From assembly GCF_018350175.1 (NCBI RefSeq), contig NC_058368.1:62622001-62686000 (forward strand): 64,000 nucleotides of DNA, in the 5' to 3' direction. The notes beneath the pieces are model-generated. The model searched no databases. It saw only the letters and a program-made list of their open reading frames with translations, and was not told where the DNA came from. Position numbers and translations under genes: made by a program. Every line of letters begins with the position of its first letter. Positions within the stretch are counted from its first letter, which is position 1. Of the stretch, positions 22,231 through 34,884 are shown piece by piece. Origin of the DNA: Felis catus. Taxonomy: Eukaryota.

Positions 22231-22911
22231 TGTATTTTTGTATTCTTTGGGTAAATACCTAGTAGTGCAATTGCTGGATTGTAGGGTAGTTCTATTTTTA
22301 GTTTTTTGATAAATCACAATACTATTCTTAAGAGTGGCTGCACCAGTTTGCATTTCTACCAGCAGTGCAAGAGGATTCCCCTTTCTCCACATCCTCGCCA
22401 ACACCTATAGTTTCTTGTGTTGTTAATTTTAGCCATTCTGACAGTTACGAGGTGTCATCTCATTGTGGTTTTGATTTGTATTTCCCTGATGATGAGTGAT
22501 ATTGAGCATCTTTTCATGTGTCTATTAGCCATCTGGATGTCTTCTTTGGAAAAGTGTCTATTCATGTCTTCTGCCGATTTCTCAACTGGGTTGTTTGGTT
22601 TTGGGATGTTGAGTTTGATATGTTCCTTATAGATCTTGGATAATAAACCTTTATCAGATATATCACTTGCAAATATCTTCTCCCATTCTGTAAGATGCCT
22701 CTTAGTTTTGCTGATGTTTCCCTTTGCTATGCAGAAGCTTTTATCTTGATTAAGCCCCAATAGTTCATGTTTGCTTTTGTTTCCCTTGCCTTTGGTGATG
22801 ATTCAAAGGGGTATGTGCACCCCAATGTTTATAGTAGCATTATCAACAATAGCCAAGCTATGGAGAGAGCCCAAATATCCATTGACTAATGAATGCATAA
22901 AGGATATGGAT

Positions 22912-22965
<54 letters not shown>

Positions 22966-23338
22966 CAATATTACTCAGCCACAAAAAGGATTAAATCTTG
23001 CCATTTGCAATGACATGGATGGAGCTAGAATGTATTAAGCTAAGCAAAATAAGTCAATCAGAGAAAGACAAATACCGTATGATTTCTCTCATATATAGAA
23101 TTTAATAAACAAACCAGATGAACATATGGGAAGAGGGGATTAAAAAGAAGAAAGGGAAACAAACCACAGAGACTCTTAAGGATAGAGAAGAAACTGAGGG
23201 TTGACGCAGAGAGGAGGTTGGCAGATGGGCTAGATGGGTGATGGGTATTAAGGAGGGCACTCATGATGAGCACTCAGTGTTCAGTTAAATTTAAATTTAA
23301 CTAAAATTTAAATGAAAAAAAAGAAATGAAAAAAATAA
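22231..23338 (+). mobile_element. Carnivore L1, 5'-truncated with 5' inversion (22231-22798 inverted; 22799-23338 sense 3' end)
   Basis: Minus-strand ORF2 peptides ([28 protein letters not shown]) followed by plus-strand [21 protein letters not shown], 3' UTR and A-rich tail; aaaaataat on both flanks. Confidence 0.92.
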
Positions 23339-23769
23339 TATTTCTTGGTCACAAAAATCATAGAAATTACAAGGAGAATTAGACAACTTTCATATATTTA
23401 TTTGGAGCTTAGTTTACATCTTAAAATGTTGCATTGTAATTCATTATCTAATGTTTCCTGAAGTCTATCTTAGTATTATCACAGCAGCACTTCCATCATT
23501 GCCCCTTTCCCCTCAAAGGGGATTAGATAGTTCAAATCATGCTAGAGAGATAGTCTAAATATGGATTGAGGTCTTGAGAGCCAGAGTGGAAGTAAACACT
23601 GGCTCCTTAAGATGAGGTGAGACACCAGAGCACAGGGTGCAGGAGTGAACTGAGCCCTTCTGTAGGAATAGAGAAAGTTGGGACATAAAGACAAGAATAA
23701 TTTTTTTAAAGGAGACAAAAGAAATGTTGGTCAGCTGGACAAGAAAGAGATTATAATTTAAGTTAAATG

Positions 23770-24305
23770 GTCAGGGAATGCACTGGGATGATGAAGAAAT
23801 AGTCATATCAACAAATCTCAAATATAAAGAAAAAGGAAGTGTAATAATCTTAATGCAAAAATGAAAAATGTGTCTGGAAATGAGTGAATGAATTGGGTGA
23901 AGAGAGTAATAAGAGACAATGTTGGATACAATGCAGGCAGGGACCAGAACATGATAGTTTGGATTATAATGGGCTGTTGAATGGGCTATCATTGAATTTT
24001 TTTAATTTCTTTATTTAATGATCTATTTGAAGATATATCTGATGAATTTTCAGAAGATACTGCTGGTTATAATATGAATTATAGATTATAAAGCATCAAG
24101 AATAGAAAAGGTAGATTTTCCTGCTATTGCTGGTGTCATGAGAGATGAATGCTGGGTAGACTAGGAGTTGAAGATAGGACCTGCTAATTGATTACATAGT
24201 GGATGTGAGTAAAATAGAGAGTTGGGAATGACTTTTTTGGTCCTGACCAATAACCCAGATAGTGCTATTTGCTTGTTTGAAAATAACTTGGGCAAGGAAC
24301 AGACA
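23770..24305 (-). mobile_element. L2 fragment(s)
   Basis: Purine-rich degenerate L2 motifs (gggaccagaacatg, gattataaagcatcaagaatagaa, ggacctgctaattgattacatagtggatg). Confidence 0.55.
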
Positions 24306-24404
24306 GTAGATATCAATAATAATGACTTTTTATCAGGATTCACACTAACAGAAACAGTAATGCCATTGGAAGGCAGGGTGTTAACAATTGCTACTATACC
24401 CAGC

Positions 24405-24975
24405 TGTGGTAGAAAAAATTCCCATTTCCTATTCACAAGCACTATATAATTACCTCTCAGTGTGGGGCTAACAGCAAAGAATATGACAGGATATCACTTC
24501 CATAATTAGGTTCCCAAACATTTGACTTTGAGGGTGGCCCTGACCTAACCATGTGAGATCTTTGAAAGAAAGTGAAGTAACACTGAAAATTTTTCCTGGG
24601 GGCCTGAAAGAAAGTAAATAATGATATATGTTGTAAACTACCTATGGAGGAGAACATAAGAATTGGACCTGAAGGAAGCCTCTGGAAGTCTGTAGGAGCC
24701 AACAGCCAGCAAGGAAATAGGAATATCAGTCCTGCAACCACACAGAACTGTATTCCATCAACCACCTCAATGAAATCAGATGAGGATCCTGAGCTCCAGA
24801 TAAGAAAAGTGGCCCAGATTGCACTTTGGTTTCAGTTTAGTAAAGTCCTAGAAAGACAACCCAATTATGACATTTTTGAACTTCTGATCTCTAGAAACCT
24901 GTGAAATAAGTTTGTATTATTTGAAGCTGATAAATTTGTGGTAATTTGTTATGGAATTAAAAGAAAATTAATACA
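24405..24975 (+). mobile_element. MLT1E/F-like 5' LTR
   Basis: tgtggtag start; ends aaatttgtggtaatttgttatgg ... gaaaattaataca. Confidence 0.85.
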
Positions 24976-25809
24976 AATATTGGTACCTGGAAGCGGGAGC
25001 CTACTGATACAACACCTATAATTTGGAAGAAACTTTGGAATCAGGCAACCGATGGAGGCGGGAATAATTTTGAAGAGCGTAAGAAAGAAAGCCCAACTTG
25101 TCTTGAACAGACTGCCAGTAGATATCAAGGCTTTTAAGGATGCTATCTGTGAAGGCTCAAAATGAAGTCAAGAACATTTTGGGGATTTGGAGGAAAGAGG
25201 ATCCTTATCATATATTGGCAGAAAGCCTAGCAAAACTGCAGGAATGTTGAAAGCAGAATTTTGAAATAATGCATTTATGTAAGGAGATTTCCAATGGAAG
25301 TGTTAAAGGTACCACCCGGTTTCTTCTTGCTACTTACAGGAAAATCCATGAGAAGAGAGATAAATTGAGGAAGAGTTGTTAAAGAGGAATCGGGATCAGA
25401 TGATTTTGAAAACGTTCAACCCCTTTGGATGGCAAAAGACTCTAAAATTCAGAAATGGCTGCTGGAAACTTGGCATAGCAAAAAAGCTGCTGTGTTACTA
25501 TATAGCTATATAACCTTTTGCTAAAATCTCAGGTCAAACCGCAAAGCATTCAATAACACAAAGGGGGTGCTTTACTGATCCTCTCAAACTAGAGAGCCTC
25601 CGGGAAGCTTAAGGCCATTGTCCTTCAGCCATCTTGCTAAAGGCCAATGATATAGAAGAAATTATCTCAAAAATCTTGTACGTGTGCCTTTAACTATTGT
25701 AGTAAAACCTAGTAAAATTTACACGAGATACAGAAAGTCCTTAAGAAAATTGTTGCAGCACAAACAATGCTAGTTGAGACTGAAAGAGTGAAGGTGATGT
25801 TAGAGTAAG

Positions 25810-26618
25810 CTGTTTTCTGAATATTATTGCCATTGTATGTGTATTCACCCTTTCTTTATGTACTCATCTGTTGTCAGGCACTTAAGTTGTTTCTGTATCT
25901 TGGCTATTGTGACTAACACTACAGCAAACATGAGAATGCAGATGTTTTAGACATCCTGTTTTCACTTCCTCTGGGTAAATACCCAGAAGTGGGGTTGTTG
26001 ATTCATATGGTAGCTCTATTTTTAATTTTCTAAGAACCTCTATACTTTTGTTTCATAGTGGCTAAACTAATTTGTATTCCTATCAACAGCATACCGGGTT
26101 TCCTTTTCTTCATATTCTTGTCAGCACTTGTTATCTCTTGTCTTCTTGATGACACACATTCTAACAGGTGTGATATGATATATCATTGTGGTTTTGATTT
26201 GCATTTCTCTTATGTTTAGTGATGTTGAGCATCTTCTCATGTACCTGTTGGCCGTTATTTGTCTTCTTTAGAAAAATGTCTATTTAGTTTCCCTACCCAT
26301 TTTTAAATTGGATTGTTTATTTTATTGTTATTGAATTACATTGCTTTCAGGTACACATTTGAAAGTAATAGATAAATTTCTGGAGATCTGATGCACGGTA
26401 TAGTGATCATTGTCAACAATGCTGTACTATGAGTTTCAAAGTTCTAAGGGATTCATCTTAATTTTTCTCACCACAAAAAATAAATGATAACTATGCGATA
26501 TGATAGAGGTGTTAGCCAATACTATGGTAGTAATCATATTGCAATATATTAATGTATCAAATTAATAAAATGTATACCTTAAACAATGTCATACATAAAT
26601 TACATCTCAATAAAAAAA
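25810..26618 (+). mobile_element. L1 (L1MA9/L1_Carn-like) with inverted 5' part (about 25810-26338 minus; 26345-26618 plus 3' end)
   Basis: Antisense block cttggctattgtg..gggtaaatacccagaagtggg..cattgtggttttgatttgcatttc, then sense 3' UTR ending tacatctcaataaaaaaaa. Confidence 0.85.
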
Positions 26619-26882
26619 ATGAGCTCTTGGGTCCCCAAATTCTAATGACAGGAAGAAGGTTCACAACACTGCTCAGCCGCAAACACATGCGGTCTTCCAT
26701 GAAAAAGGAAGGTGGAGTCAAGTACCCAAAGGGTTGAAACAAAAGCTATAGATAACTAGTGCCAGGACTTGGAAGCTAATCATGAAAGTATTGGGGTCTG
26801 CCTGGACAAATTTCTAAACTGACTTGGATGAATGTCAAGGATGGTAAATATACCATCTTTTTCCTCCCTTTAAAAAAAAGTA

Positions 26883-26927
26883 GTGTGTATTCATTTTTGA
26901 GAGAGAGACAGAGAGTGAGTGGGGGAA
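26883..26927 (-). mobile_element. 5'-truncated CanSINE
   Basis: tattcatttttgagagagagacagagagtgagtggggga, flanked by ctcccttt / ctcccctttt. Confidence 0.7.
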
Positions 26928-27257
26928 ATCTCCCCTTTTTGAACCAGAATGTATGTAACTATTAACCTATACCTGTTCTATTATTGTACATTAGTAGCAT
27001 TGAGGATACACTGGGAGCGCTGAGGATGTGTTTAGTTTCACACATCCACAGATGGAGAGGGAATGTGCCCAGAAGCTGTGCTTAATAAATTACACATACA
27101 AGCCTCATCCACATCTAATTTAAGTGATCTATATGACTAAAATTAGGGTTTGAACTGAGCTATAATGGTATGAAACTCTTGGGAGTGTTAAAAGGGGGGG
27201 CACGAATGTAATTTGCTTGTGGGAGAAACATGAATCACTGTGGGCCAGGAAGTGGAC

Positions 27258-27918
27258 CCTTGTAGGCAGAATCCTAAGAAGACCCCCAAAATTCCCACCA
27301 GCCCCTCATGTGTGTATGTTCTTTATGTCTTCCCTTCTAGTGTAGGCAGCACCAATGAACATTACAGCATATCAATCCTATTACTAATCTCTCAGGTATG
27401 GAAAAGGTTTTTTGGGGGTTTTTTAGATGTAATCAAGACCCCTACAGAGTTGAGTTCAAGTTAATCAAATTAGAGATTATCCTAGGTATGCCTAATTTAA
27501 TCTGCTAAACTCTCAAAAAGAAGGTAAAACATCATCAAGATATTCTAGCCTGGAAACAAGGGAACAATCATATTATAATCTATGAGAGAGGCCACACAGC
27601 TAGGACCTGATGGTGGTCTCTAGAAGCAAAGAGCAAACTTGGCTAAAACTAGCTAGCAAGAAAACATCCCTACACATGCAAGAAACTACGTTCTGTAATA
27701 GAGACAGAGGTTGGAAGTGGACCCTGAGCTCCAGGCACAAATTTAGCCTCAGCTGGCATTTTAGTTAGCACTTTGCTTTCAGTCTTATAAGAGCTTGAGC
27801 AGAGAACCTAGCTAAGGAGTATCTGGGCTTCTGACCTACAGATATTGTGAGATAATGAATTTGTGTTTTATAAGGACCAAATTTGTGGGCCTTTGTTACA
27901 CAACAATTGTAAACTAGG
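27258..27918 (+). mobile_element. MLT1E/F-like 3' LTR
   Basis: gtaggcagaatcctaagaagacccc start; gggcttctgacctacagatattgtgagataatgaatttgtgtt ... tttgttacacaacaattgtaaacta end. Confidence 0.85.
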
Positions 27919-27989
27919 AGGCTATCCATGAATGTTTTGAATAGGAATTGCAGTTTTCCTACACTTCCAACACCATGGCCATTGACCCT

Positions 27990-28411
27990 ACTAGGCCATC
28001 ACTCAAACTCATCCTGAGGCAGAGTGACCAGATTACCTCAAATAGGCTGGCCACCTGGCATCTTCTATGTGGATTTCTTGCAATGCAATAGATGTCTCTT
28101 TTCCATATAGTGGCCATGTTTCCTGCTGGATGAACAAGGCTATCACAGAGAAAGAGTAAATGGAGTCAACAGCTAGAGAGAAGCATAAATAAATGACACA
28201 GCAAATATGAAGATTGATGGTATCTGTGTTCCTCTTCTAACCCCTATTGGCCTGTGACTGTCCCTGGATCATAAGTTGCCAAGACTTGATTATCTTCCCC
28301 TTTAACTTTGTAAGCTACTCTGATACACATCAATTAAATTCATTTTTTATCATTTTTTTTTACCAAATTGGGTCTTTCTTACTTAAAACCAAAAGTATCC
28401 TGGGTAATATA
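27990..28411 (+). mobile_element. Old MaLR LTR (MLT1K/L-like)
   Basis: Ends ttgggtctttcttacttaaaaccaaaagtatcctgggtaatata, resembling the MLT1K terminus. Confidence 0.55.
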
Positions 28412-28639
28412 ATATAAACTATTATAACTGTGTCTATTGATGGCCACAGCTAGTGGTCCAAATTTACTACTCTTTCAAATCCCTTCCTTTTATTCATTTT
28501 GGCAGATGTTCACCACCTTCTTTAATGAGCATTACATTTCTCAATCTCTCTTTTACCTTGATATTTTTCTTTTCTCCCTTGAAAACTTCCCTATAACATT
28601 AAACTGCTTTTTACCTGTTCCTTTTTTTTCTGCTTGTAG

Positions 28640-28920
28640 GAAAGATGTCACTTTCCTCCATTTTCAGACTAATAACATCTCCTTTATCCATTAAACTAAA
28701 TGACTTCTATTGCCTCTGGGACCTGCAGCCTCATTCATTCCCTCCTTCTCATCAGTTCTCAAGCTTTCTCATTCCACTAGCATCTCCCTCTGTCCCCAAA
28801 CATCGTCAGATCTTCCATATGCCTTGCATCAATTCTTTTAGGACATGCCTGTCTCTTTTCTCTTTATTGCCAAGTCATTTCTATCAAACTATATTCAGTC
28901 TCTACTTATTTCCTCAATAC
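28640..28920 (+). mobile_element. L2 fragment
   Basis: Pyrimidine-rich degenerate L2-like sequence. Confidence 0.4.
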
Positions 28921-28930
28921 ATATTCCCTC

Positions 28931-29830
28931 TGTTTCAGCTAGAGTCCAGTCAGACAGCAGAATCCATCCAGCTATTGGAACAGAGAGCGTTTGATATAAT
29001 AATTTTTACTTAGGTATAAATATGTTAGTTGTTAAAAAGGTAGACAGAAAATTCCAGTGTATCAGAGAAGTAGCAGCTGTAGAAAGTAACTACTGGGGTG
29101 ACTGGGTGGCTCAGTCGGTTAAGCATCCAACTTCAGCTCAGGTCACAATCTCATGGTTTGTGGGTTCGAGTCCTGCGTCAGGCTCTGTGCTGACAGCTCA
29201 GAACCTGGAGTCTGTTTCAGATTCTGTGTCTCCCTCTCTCTCTGCTCCTCCCCTACTTATGCTGTGTCTCTCACTCTCTCAAAAATAAATAAATATTTTA
29301 AAAAATTTTAATAAAAAAAGAGAAAGTAACCACTACTCCTAGGGCTGGGAGAAACAAGAAAAGACGTTGGAATTATGAAAACTTAAAAACTTAGAAGAGG
29401 ATGTCTCCTAAGATCCCTGAGGAGGGAGTAGCTGTCCAGCTGCTGATGGACCTGAGCTTGGAGGACAGCCCTATGGGAGGGGGCACTGCTAAGTTGTTTG
29501 TTTAAGGGGCAGTTACGTGAAGCCACTGTGGCACATTTTGGGAAAACTGGCATCTGGATTCAGCTGCTGCTACAAAGATATATACTTACTTTAAGTGTTA
29601 ATAGACTTTATTAGGGTGATGTTCACACAAATTGCAAGCCTAGGAAAGTCTCCAATACAAAGATAGAAAGGAATAAATTCTTTCTTCCTCTTCTAGCTAT
29701 GCATCTACCTTCCAGCACCCCTTGTTGGCAAATCCTAATATGTGGTATTCAGGATCCCAGCTCCAGTATCACAAAGTCAGTACAGAAAGCCAAATTTGGT
29801 GCTAAAAGGCAATACCTTAAACTCATGACA
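28931..29830 (-). mobile_element. ERVL LTR, LTR41-like, with SINE insertion
   Basis: TG..CA ends; minus strand ctttgtgatactggagctgggatcctgaataccacat..ttgccaacaaggggtgctggaagg resembles the LTR41 5' part. Confidence 0.7.
29095..29320 (+). mobile_element. CanSINE
   Basis: TSD agaaagtaactact / agaaagtaaccact. Confidence 0.94.
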
Positions 29831-29919
29831 CCTTGGTGATTACACCTCATAGCAGCACTTTTTAATTAAAATTTCACTATAATTAGAAATTAGCACTATT
29901 ATGAGAAAACATTTCTCAG

Positions 29920-30532
29920 TGTGTAGTAAAGAACTGAACCTTGATCAAAGACCTGTCCTTTGCCCTTGGCTCCTGGGAAGTGATCTCTAAGCCCTTGGAA
30001 TGTCCTGCGTGATATAAGCGTCTTTGTTGGTGTCTTTAGGCTAAGCCAGGCAATTGAACAGTGTGGTTTATGGTAGGTGGCTTTGAGGGACAAGATCTCA
30101 GCTCAGTACCTCCAGAGACTCTGGGGAAAGAGGTCAGTCATGTGGATAGTCCACCATGGCTACCTGATAGAGTCCACTAAAGACTCTGGGCACCATGGCC
30201 TGAGAGAACTTCCCTAGTAGGCTGTGCTTCAAGTATATCATCATGTATTTTTGTAGGAGTAATTAAAGCTGTCCATTCCTTGACAGAAAGAGCAAAACTG
30301 GATGTTGTACATCTGGAATTCTCCTGCACTTTACCCCATGCATCTCTTCCTTTGACTGATTTTGATCTGTGTATTTTCACTGTAGTAAACTGTAACCATG
30401 AATATAACAGCTTTCAGTGAGTTCTGTGAGTCCTTCTGGGAAATAACCAAAACTGAGGGTGATATTTGGGAACCCCAAACTTGCTATTGATGACAAGTGA
30501 GAGTGATCTTGGGGACTGTTCCCTAATTCATG
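29920..30532 (+). mobile_element. MER77/MER21-family solo LTR
   Basis: tgtgtagtaaagaact..ctttgcccttggctcctgggaagtgatctctaagcccttggaatgtcctg; 5-bp TSD CTCAG at 29915-29919 and 30533-30537. Confidence 0.85.
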
Positions 30533-30568
30533 CTCAGTTTATAAAAATGTTTTCATAACATAGCGAAA

Positions 30569-30779
30569 GGGACACCTGGATGGCTCTGTCGGTTGAGCAT
30601 TCAACCTTGGCTCAAGTGGTGATCTCACAGTGCATGAGTTCCAGCCCTACATAGGGCTTGCTGCTCTCAGTGAAGAACCCGCTTGGATCCTCTGTCCCCC
30701 TCTCTTACTGCCACTACCCTGCTCAATCTCTGTCTGTCTCTCTCAAAAATAAACATTAAAAAAATTTTAAATAAATAAA
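30569..30779 (+). mobile_element. CanSINE (diverged)
   Basis: gggacacctggatggctc head, ctctctcaaaaataaacatt tail. Confidence 0.88.
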
Positions 30780-31231
30780 TCAGAGTAGAGTTAACTTAAC
30801 ATGGCAATATATTAGGGTAGTAATATTTTAGCCTGGTAATACTTTAGCATTTATTATGATAAAGGAATTAAAAAATAAAATAATACTTATTTCTCCATTG
30901 ATGCTATTTCAAATATTATCTTTATGAATTATTGAACTATATAACTCAAAAGAAACATTGCTATTTTTAGACACCCAGAAATTTTTCAAACAGTTCAGAA
31001 TTGTAATATTGCTAATACAAGGTAGGAAATAAAAAATAGAATCAAAGAGAATACTAGACACTGCATAGAGAAGGCATGAAATTTTCAGATCTAACTCTTC
31101 TCCAAATGAACTCACAAGGTTTTCAGCATATCACTTAAACTGTATTTCCCTTTTCTATTACAATTTTTTTTTTGTGGAGTGGGCAGTGTGCAAGAATATA
31201 AGGCATAAGAAAACTTATTTTCTTCAGGGAC

Positions 31232-31384
31232 TTCTTTTTAATGTTTATTTATTTTGAAAGAGACAGAGTGAGAGGGAGAAATCCAACCAGGCTCCATGCT
31301 GTCAGCAACATGGGGCTCAATCTCATGAACCTTAAGATCAAGACCTGAGTCAAAATCAAGAGTCTGAGCCACCCAGGCACCCCC
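31232..31384 (-). mobile_element. CanSINE (internally deleted)
   Basis: Ends gagccacccaggcacccc; TSD cagggac. Confidence 0.88.
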
Positions 31385-33309
31385 AGGGACATTTTTATCA
31401 TAACACTTTCTTTCACTTCTATGAATTTATATTTTTAAACCAAATTTAATTCGGTAGAAAAACATTAAGTAGAAATGATTGATCATCATAAAAGTCTAGA
31501 AAGAAAGTGGTAGTTGTCAATTCTCCTAGAAATACATGAAATAATTCAAAAGCATTTGAGAATGGATTATTGTTCATGTAGAAATATCCACTTATATCAT
31601 AAATGTCTTCTTAGAGCCAAGAAATCATTTGCATCATCTTCAAACACTACTACAAAATTTCATTCAGATTATATATCCTGTTTATAGGCAATAAACCACC
31701 ACTACATTCTTTCCCATGTTTTGGCCATTGATAATTAAAAATATTTCTAATATATTTTCCTTGTAATAGAAAAGATATCAATTCAATTCCAATAGATTAT
31801 AAACTGCTCCTCACTGAAGCTTTAGAAGTCAAAAATCCATCTTCATCAGTATTGTCAGAATGGAGAGAAATTGGGTAATCCAATTCACAATGATCATTGA
31901 ATTTTAGTGCTATCAGTGGGGACTATTCTTAAGCAAACTTTCTTCTTCAGCTCATTAGCTAAGCCACATCCTGAAGCTAATTACAGTTTTCTGTAGTTGG
32001 ATCCAACAGTGCCATTGTCAAAAATTTGAACTAGCATGAAGAAGTCCAATTCTAATACTGATTTTCCTAATAATTTATTACATGCATTGTAAGTACTTTC
32101 ACCTTAGTTACACAGAATAAATCACTACATGCCCTGGTCCATAGTGGTGTCCTGATTCTGCATTCTGATTCTAGTTACCTGGCCAGGTCACCAGTCTTTT
32201 CCCAGAAATGCTTTTCTCCAGTTCATTCTCTAGAAATTGAAGTTTATTCCCAAATAACAACTTGTAGTTATCTGTAGGAAAACAAAATAAATAGCACGTG
32301 ATGGCATTTCTGCACATATAATTATATGTCTCCTTATGTTCTCCTTCCTGATGGGATACCACTAACTTGTCTCAGATTCCTTGATGTTGAACATTTTTTA
32401 TATCATGTCCTCTGTTATATTGCACTCTGTTTCCCAAATACATATAGCCTAGCCTTCCCACCTGATATCCACATGGCTCCTCTACCATTTTTTTTAAAGC
32501 AGTATACTTCAACGATGTTCTTAGACATCATTAACTTACTCCTCCATGCCATATATATAAACTGCCACATAAAATGCCACATATCCTGGATTATGGCTAT
32601 ATGCCATTAAAGGTGCAAGTTGGTCTATAAATAATAATAATAAAATAAAATTTCACGTAATACTCTTTCAGTACTGAATAAAGTCTATGAATATATCATA
32701 TCATAACAATTCTTTAGTAACTTTTTTTTTACTTTGATTTCACTCTCAGCAGTGCTGATCAGTGTGAAATCTCAATTCTCCTAGAAATAACTAAAAATTC
32801 AATTTTAGACATGGAATTTAGCTAGATCAAACCCAACAGAGATTATAGCACTTATACTGAACATGGGGGAAAATCAATCAGAAAAGATGTAATGCTTATA
32901 TAGAGAGATACAAATCTCTAGGAACATCAAAGGAAAGTGAGATGATGAATTAGTTTGATTAAAGTAACAGGAAAAAGTGAGTAGGAAGATACCAATGAAA
33001 ATGTTAGATAAGCTGCTATCATGCTCACTGGCAAATGTTTCAGGAACACTGATACTGAATAAAGTGAAAACAAATAAAATGCTCTCAATCAGATGCAGAG
33101 TCTCCCTCATTTGCAATGAAAGTGCCCTGAATATATGTTTGAAAGTCAAATGTTGAAAGTGTAAAAGTAATATTACATAGTAAGTGAGGTTTTCTTCCAA
33201 GGAAGCTAATAAATAATTCTTTAAAAGTAATGTGATATTTGCCTCTCCTGTTGTAAGCAAATTTAGCAGATGGGGGATAAAATTTATGAGAACTCAGATT
33301 ATCATGAAA

Positions 33310-33803
33310 GCAGATATGATGTCAGGAGACTGGCACTTTACTTCTGTGATCTTCTTCCCCAAAACCCATAACCATAGTCTTAGTATGAGAAAAACATCAG
33401 ACCAATCCCAACATACCTGACTAGCACTCTGGAAGATATTCTACAACATACCTGACTAGCACTCTGGAAAATTGTCAAGGTCATCAAAAAACAGGAAAAT
33501 CTGAGAAACTGTCACAAGAAGTTGATCCAACCTAAGGAGATATGATTATTAAAAGTGATGTGGTAACCTAGATGGGGTTCTGGATCACAAAAAAAACATC
33601 AAGGGAAAAACTAAGGAAATATGAATAAAATATTGACTTTAGGTGATAAGAATGTATTGATATCAGTTCACTAATTGTAACAAATGTACCAAACTAATAT
33701 TAGCATTGAGAGAAATGAGGTGTGACATAAAAAGAATTTTGTCAAGAATTCTTATAACATTTTTGTAAATCTAAAACTATTCTTAAAAATGAAGTTTATT
33801 AAA
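33310..33803 (+). mobile_element. L1MC-type 3' UTR
   Basis: cacttctgtg-like start, ttccccaaaacccataacc, gtcaaggtcatcaaaaaacaggaaaatctgagaaactgtcaca, tgtaaatctaaaactattc. Confidence 0.85.
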
Positions 33804-33999
33804 TATTTAAATAATGCATGAAAAAATGCAAAATAAAATGGTTACAATCAATGAAATAAATTCATTTTGTATTCTACCAGCTAAAGTGCAAGAGACATAG
33901 TCTGTCACAAGTCTGCAAGTGCTTATTATGATATTACACACAATGTCAGAGAGATGCTATGAAGAAAGTAATATCAAGGAATAAGAATGACAACTACAC

Positions 34000-34545
34000 T
34001 AGATAAGCCTTTTGGTTTATAAGCAACAGAGCATCAACTCAGGATGCCTTAAGCAAAATGTTGAATTAATTGAATTGCATAGCCAAACCACAGCAAGAAC
34101 AGGGATGGATATAGCCTTAGGAATGACTACAATCACTGATTCTAGTACCATCTGCACTCAATCTCTCATCTCTGGTGTTTTCAAGATACCAATCTTACTA
34201 TTTTAGTTAATCATTCCCTATGACCGTTGGCATCTTCATGCACACCTACAGAGCTCCAGCCAAAGAACAAAGAGGACTCTTTCTTGCCAGCCTTAATTAA
34301 AAGACCTTAGGCAAGATCACTGGTTGACAAGTCTTGAGTCATGTCTAGCAGAAGCACTCACTGTATCCAGAGTGGTGGACATATGTCTATACATCAGCCT
34401 GTCACTGAAGCCAGGGAATAAAGTCATGAACAAGAAGTCACCTGCTATTCAGACAACCTGGTTACTGTGAGGGGAGAAGGTTGTGAAGGGACTACTTTCC
34501 AAAGGAAGGAAGTGGTGACACAGACAAGGGGCTGTAGCAGAGGCC
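34000..34545 (-). mobile_element. Old MaLR LTR (MLT1J/K-like)
   Basis: ttggtttataagcaacagagcatcaactcagg..cttaagcaaaa start; tggttgacaagtcttgagtcatgtc. Confidence 0.55.
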
Positions 34546-34884
34546 AAGCTTTTGAACCAGACAGTTGGAATAAGTTGCATTTATGCTATAAAATTTGTGT
34601 AATTTATTTACAATGTTTCCCCAGATGCCAGGAAGTTCAGAGTGAGATTTGTAAATTATATGTTTTTATATTCTTTTTATATTTATATTAAATATATTTA
34701 TATTTTATATTTATTTAAGTAAAATATTTTACTTGGTTTGTGATTGCATATTAACCAGAGTCTCTTTGGTCCATATACTTTCAGCTCTGTTCTCACATTT
34801 TCTTTTTTTAAACCTGATTTTGTATGTGTTTATGTTTTTCTTCCTTTTTTAATGAGCCATATCAACTGCTTCTTAGGATTAGGA

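Larger units (their letters stand above)
24976..27257 (+). mobile_element. MLT1-int (MaLR internal region) interrupted by L1 and a SINE fragment
   Basis: Begins aatattggtacctggaagcggg, the typical MaLR-int start; ends gggccaggaagtggac before the 3' LTR. Confidence 0.8.

Noticed and set aside
22183..23013. ORFs with L1 ORF2 similarity (also 48127-48348 and 49587-49784)
   Set aside because: Fragmented, frameshifted L1 remnants with no coding capacity
29713..29729. CTCF-like motif in the LTR41-like element (and weak ones in MER20 and near 58880)
   Set aside because: Core positions are mutated, too degenerate to call
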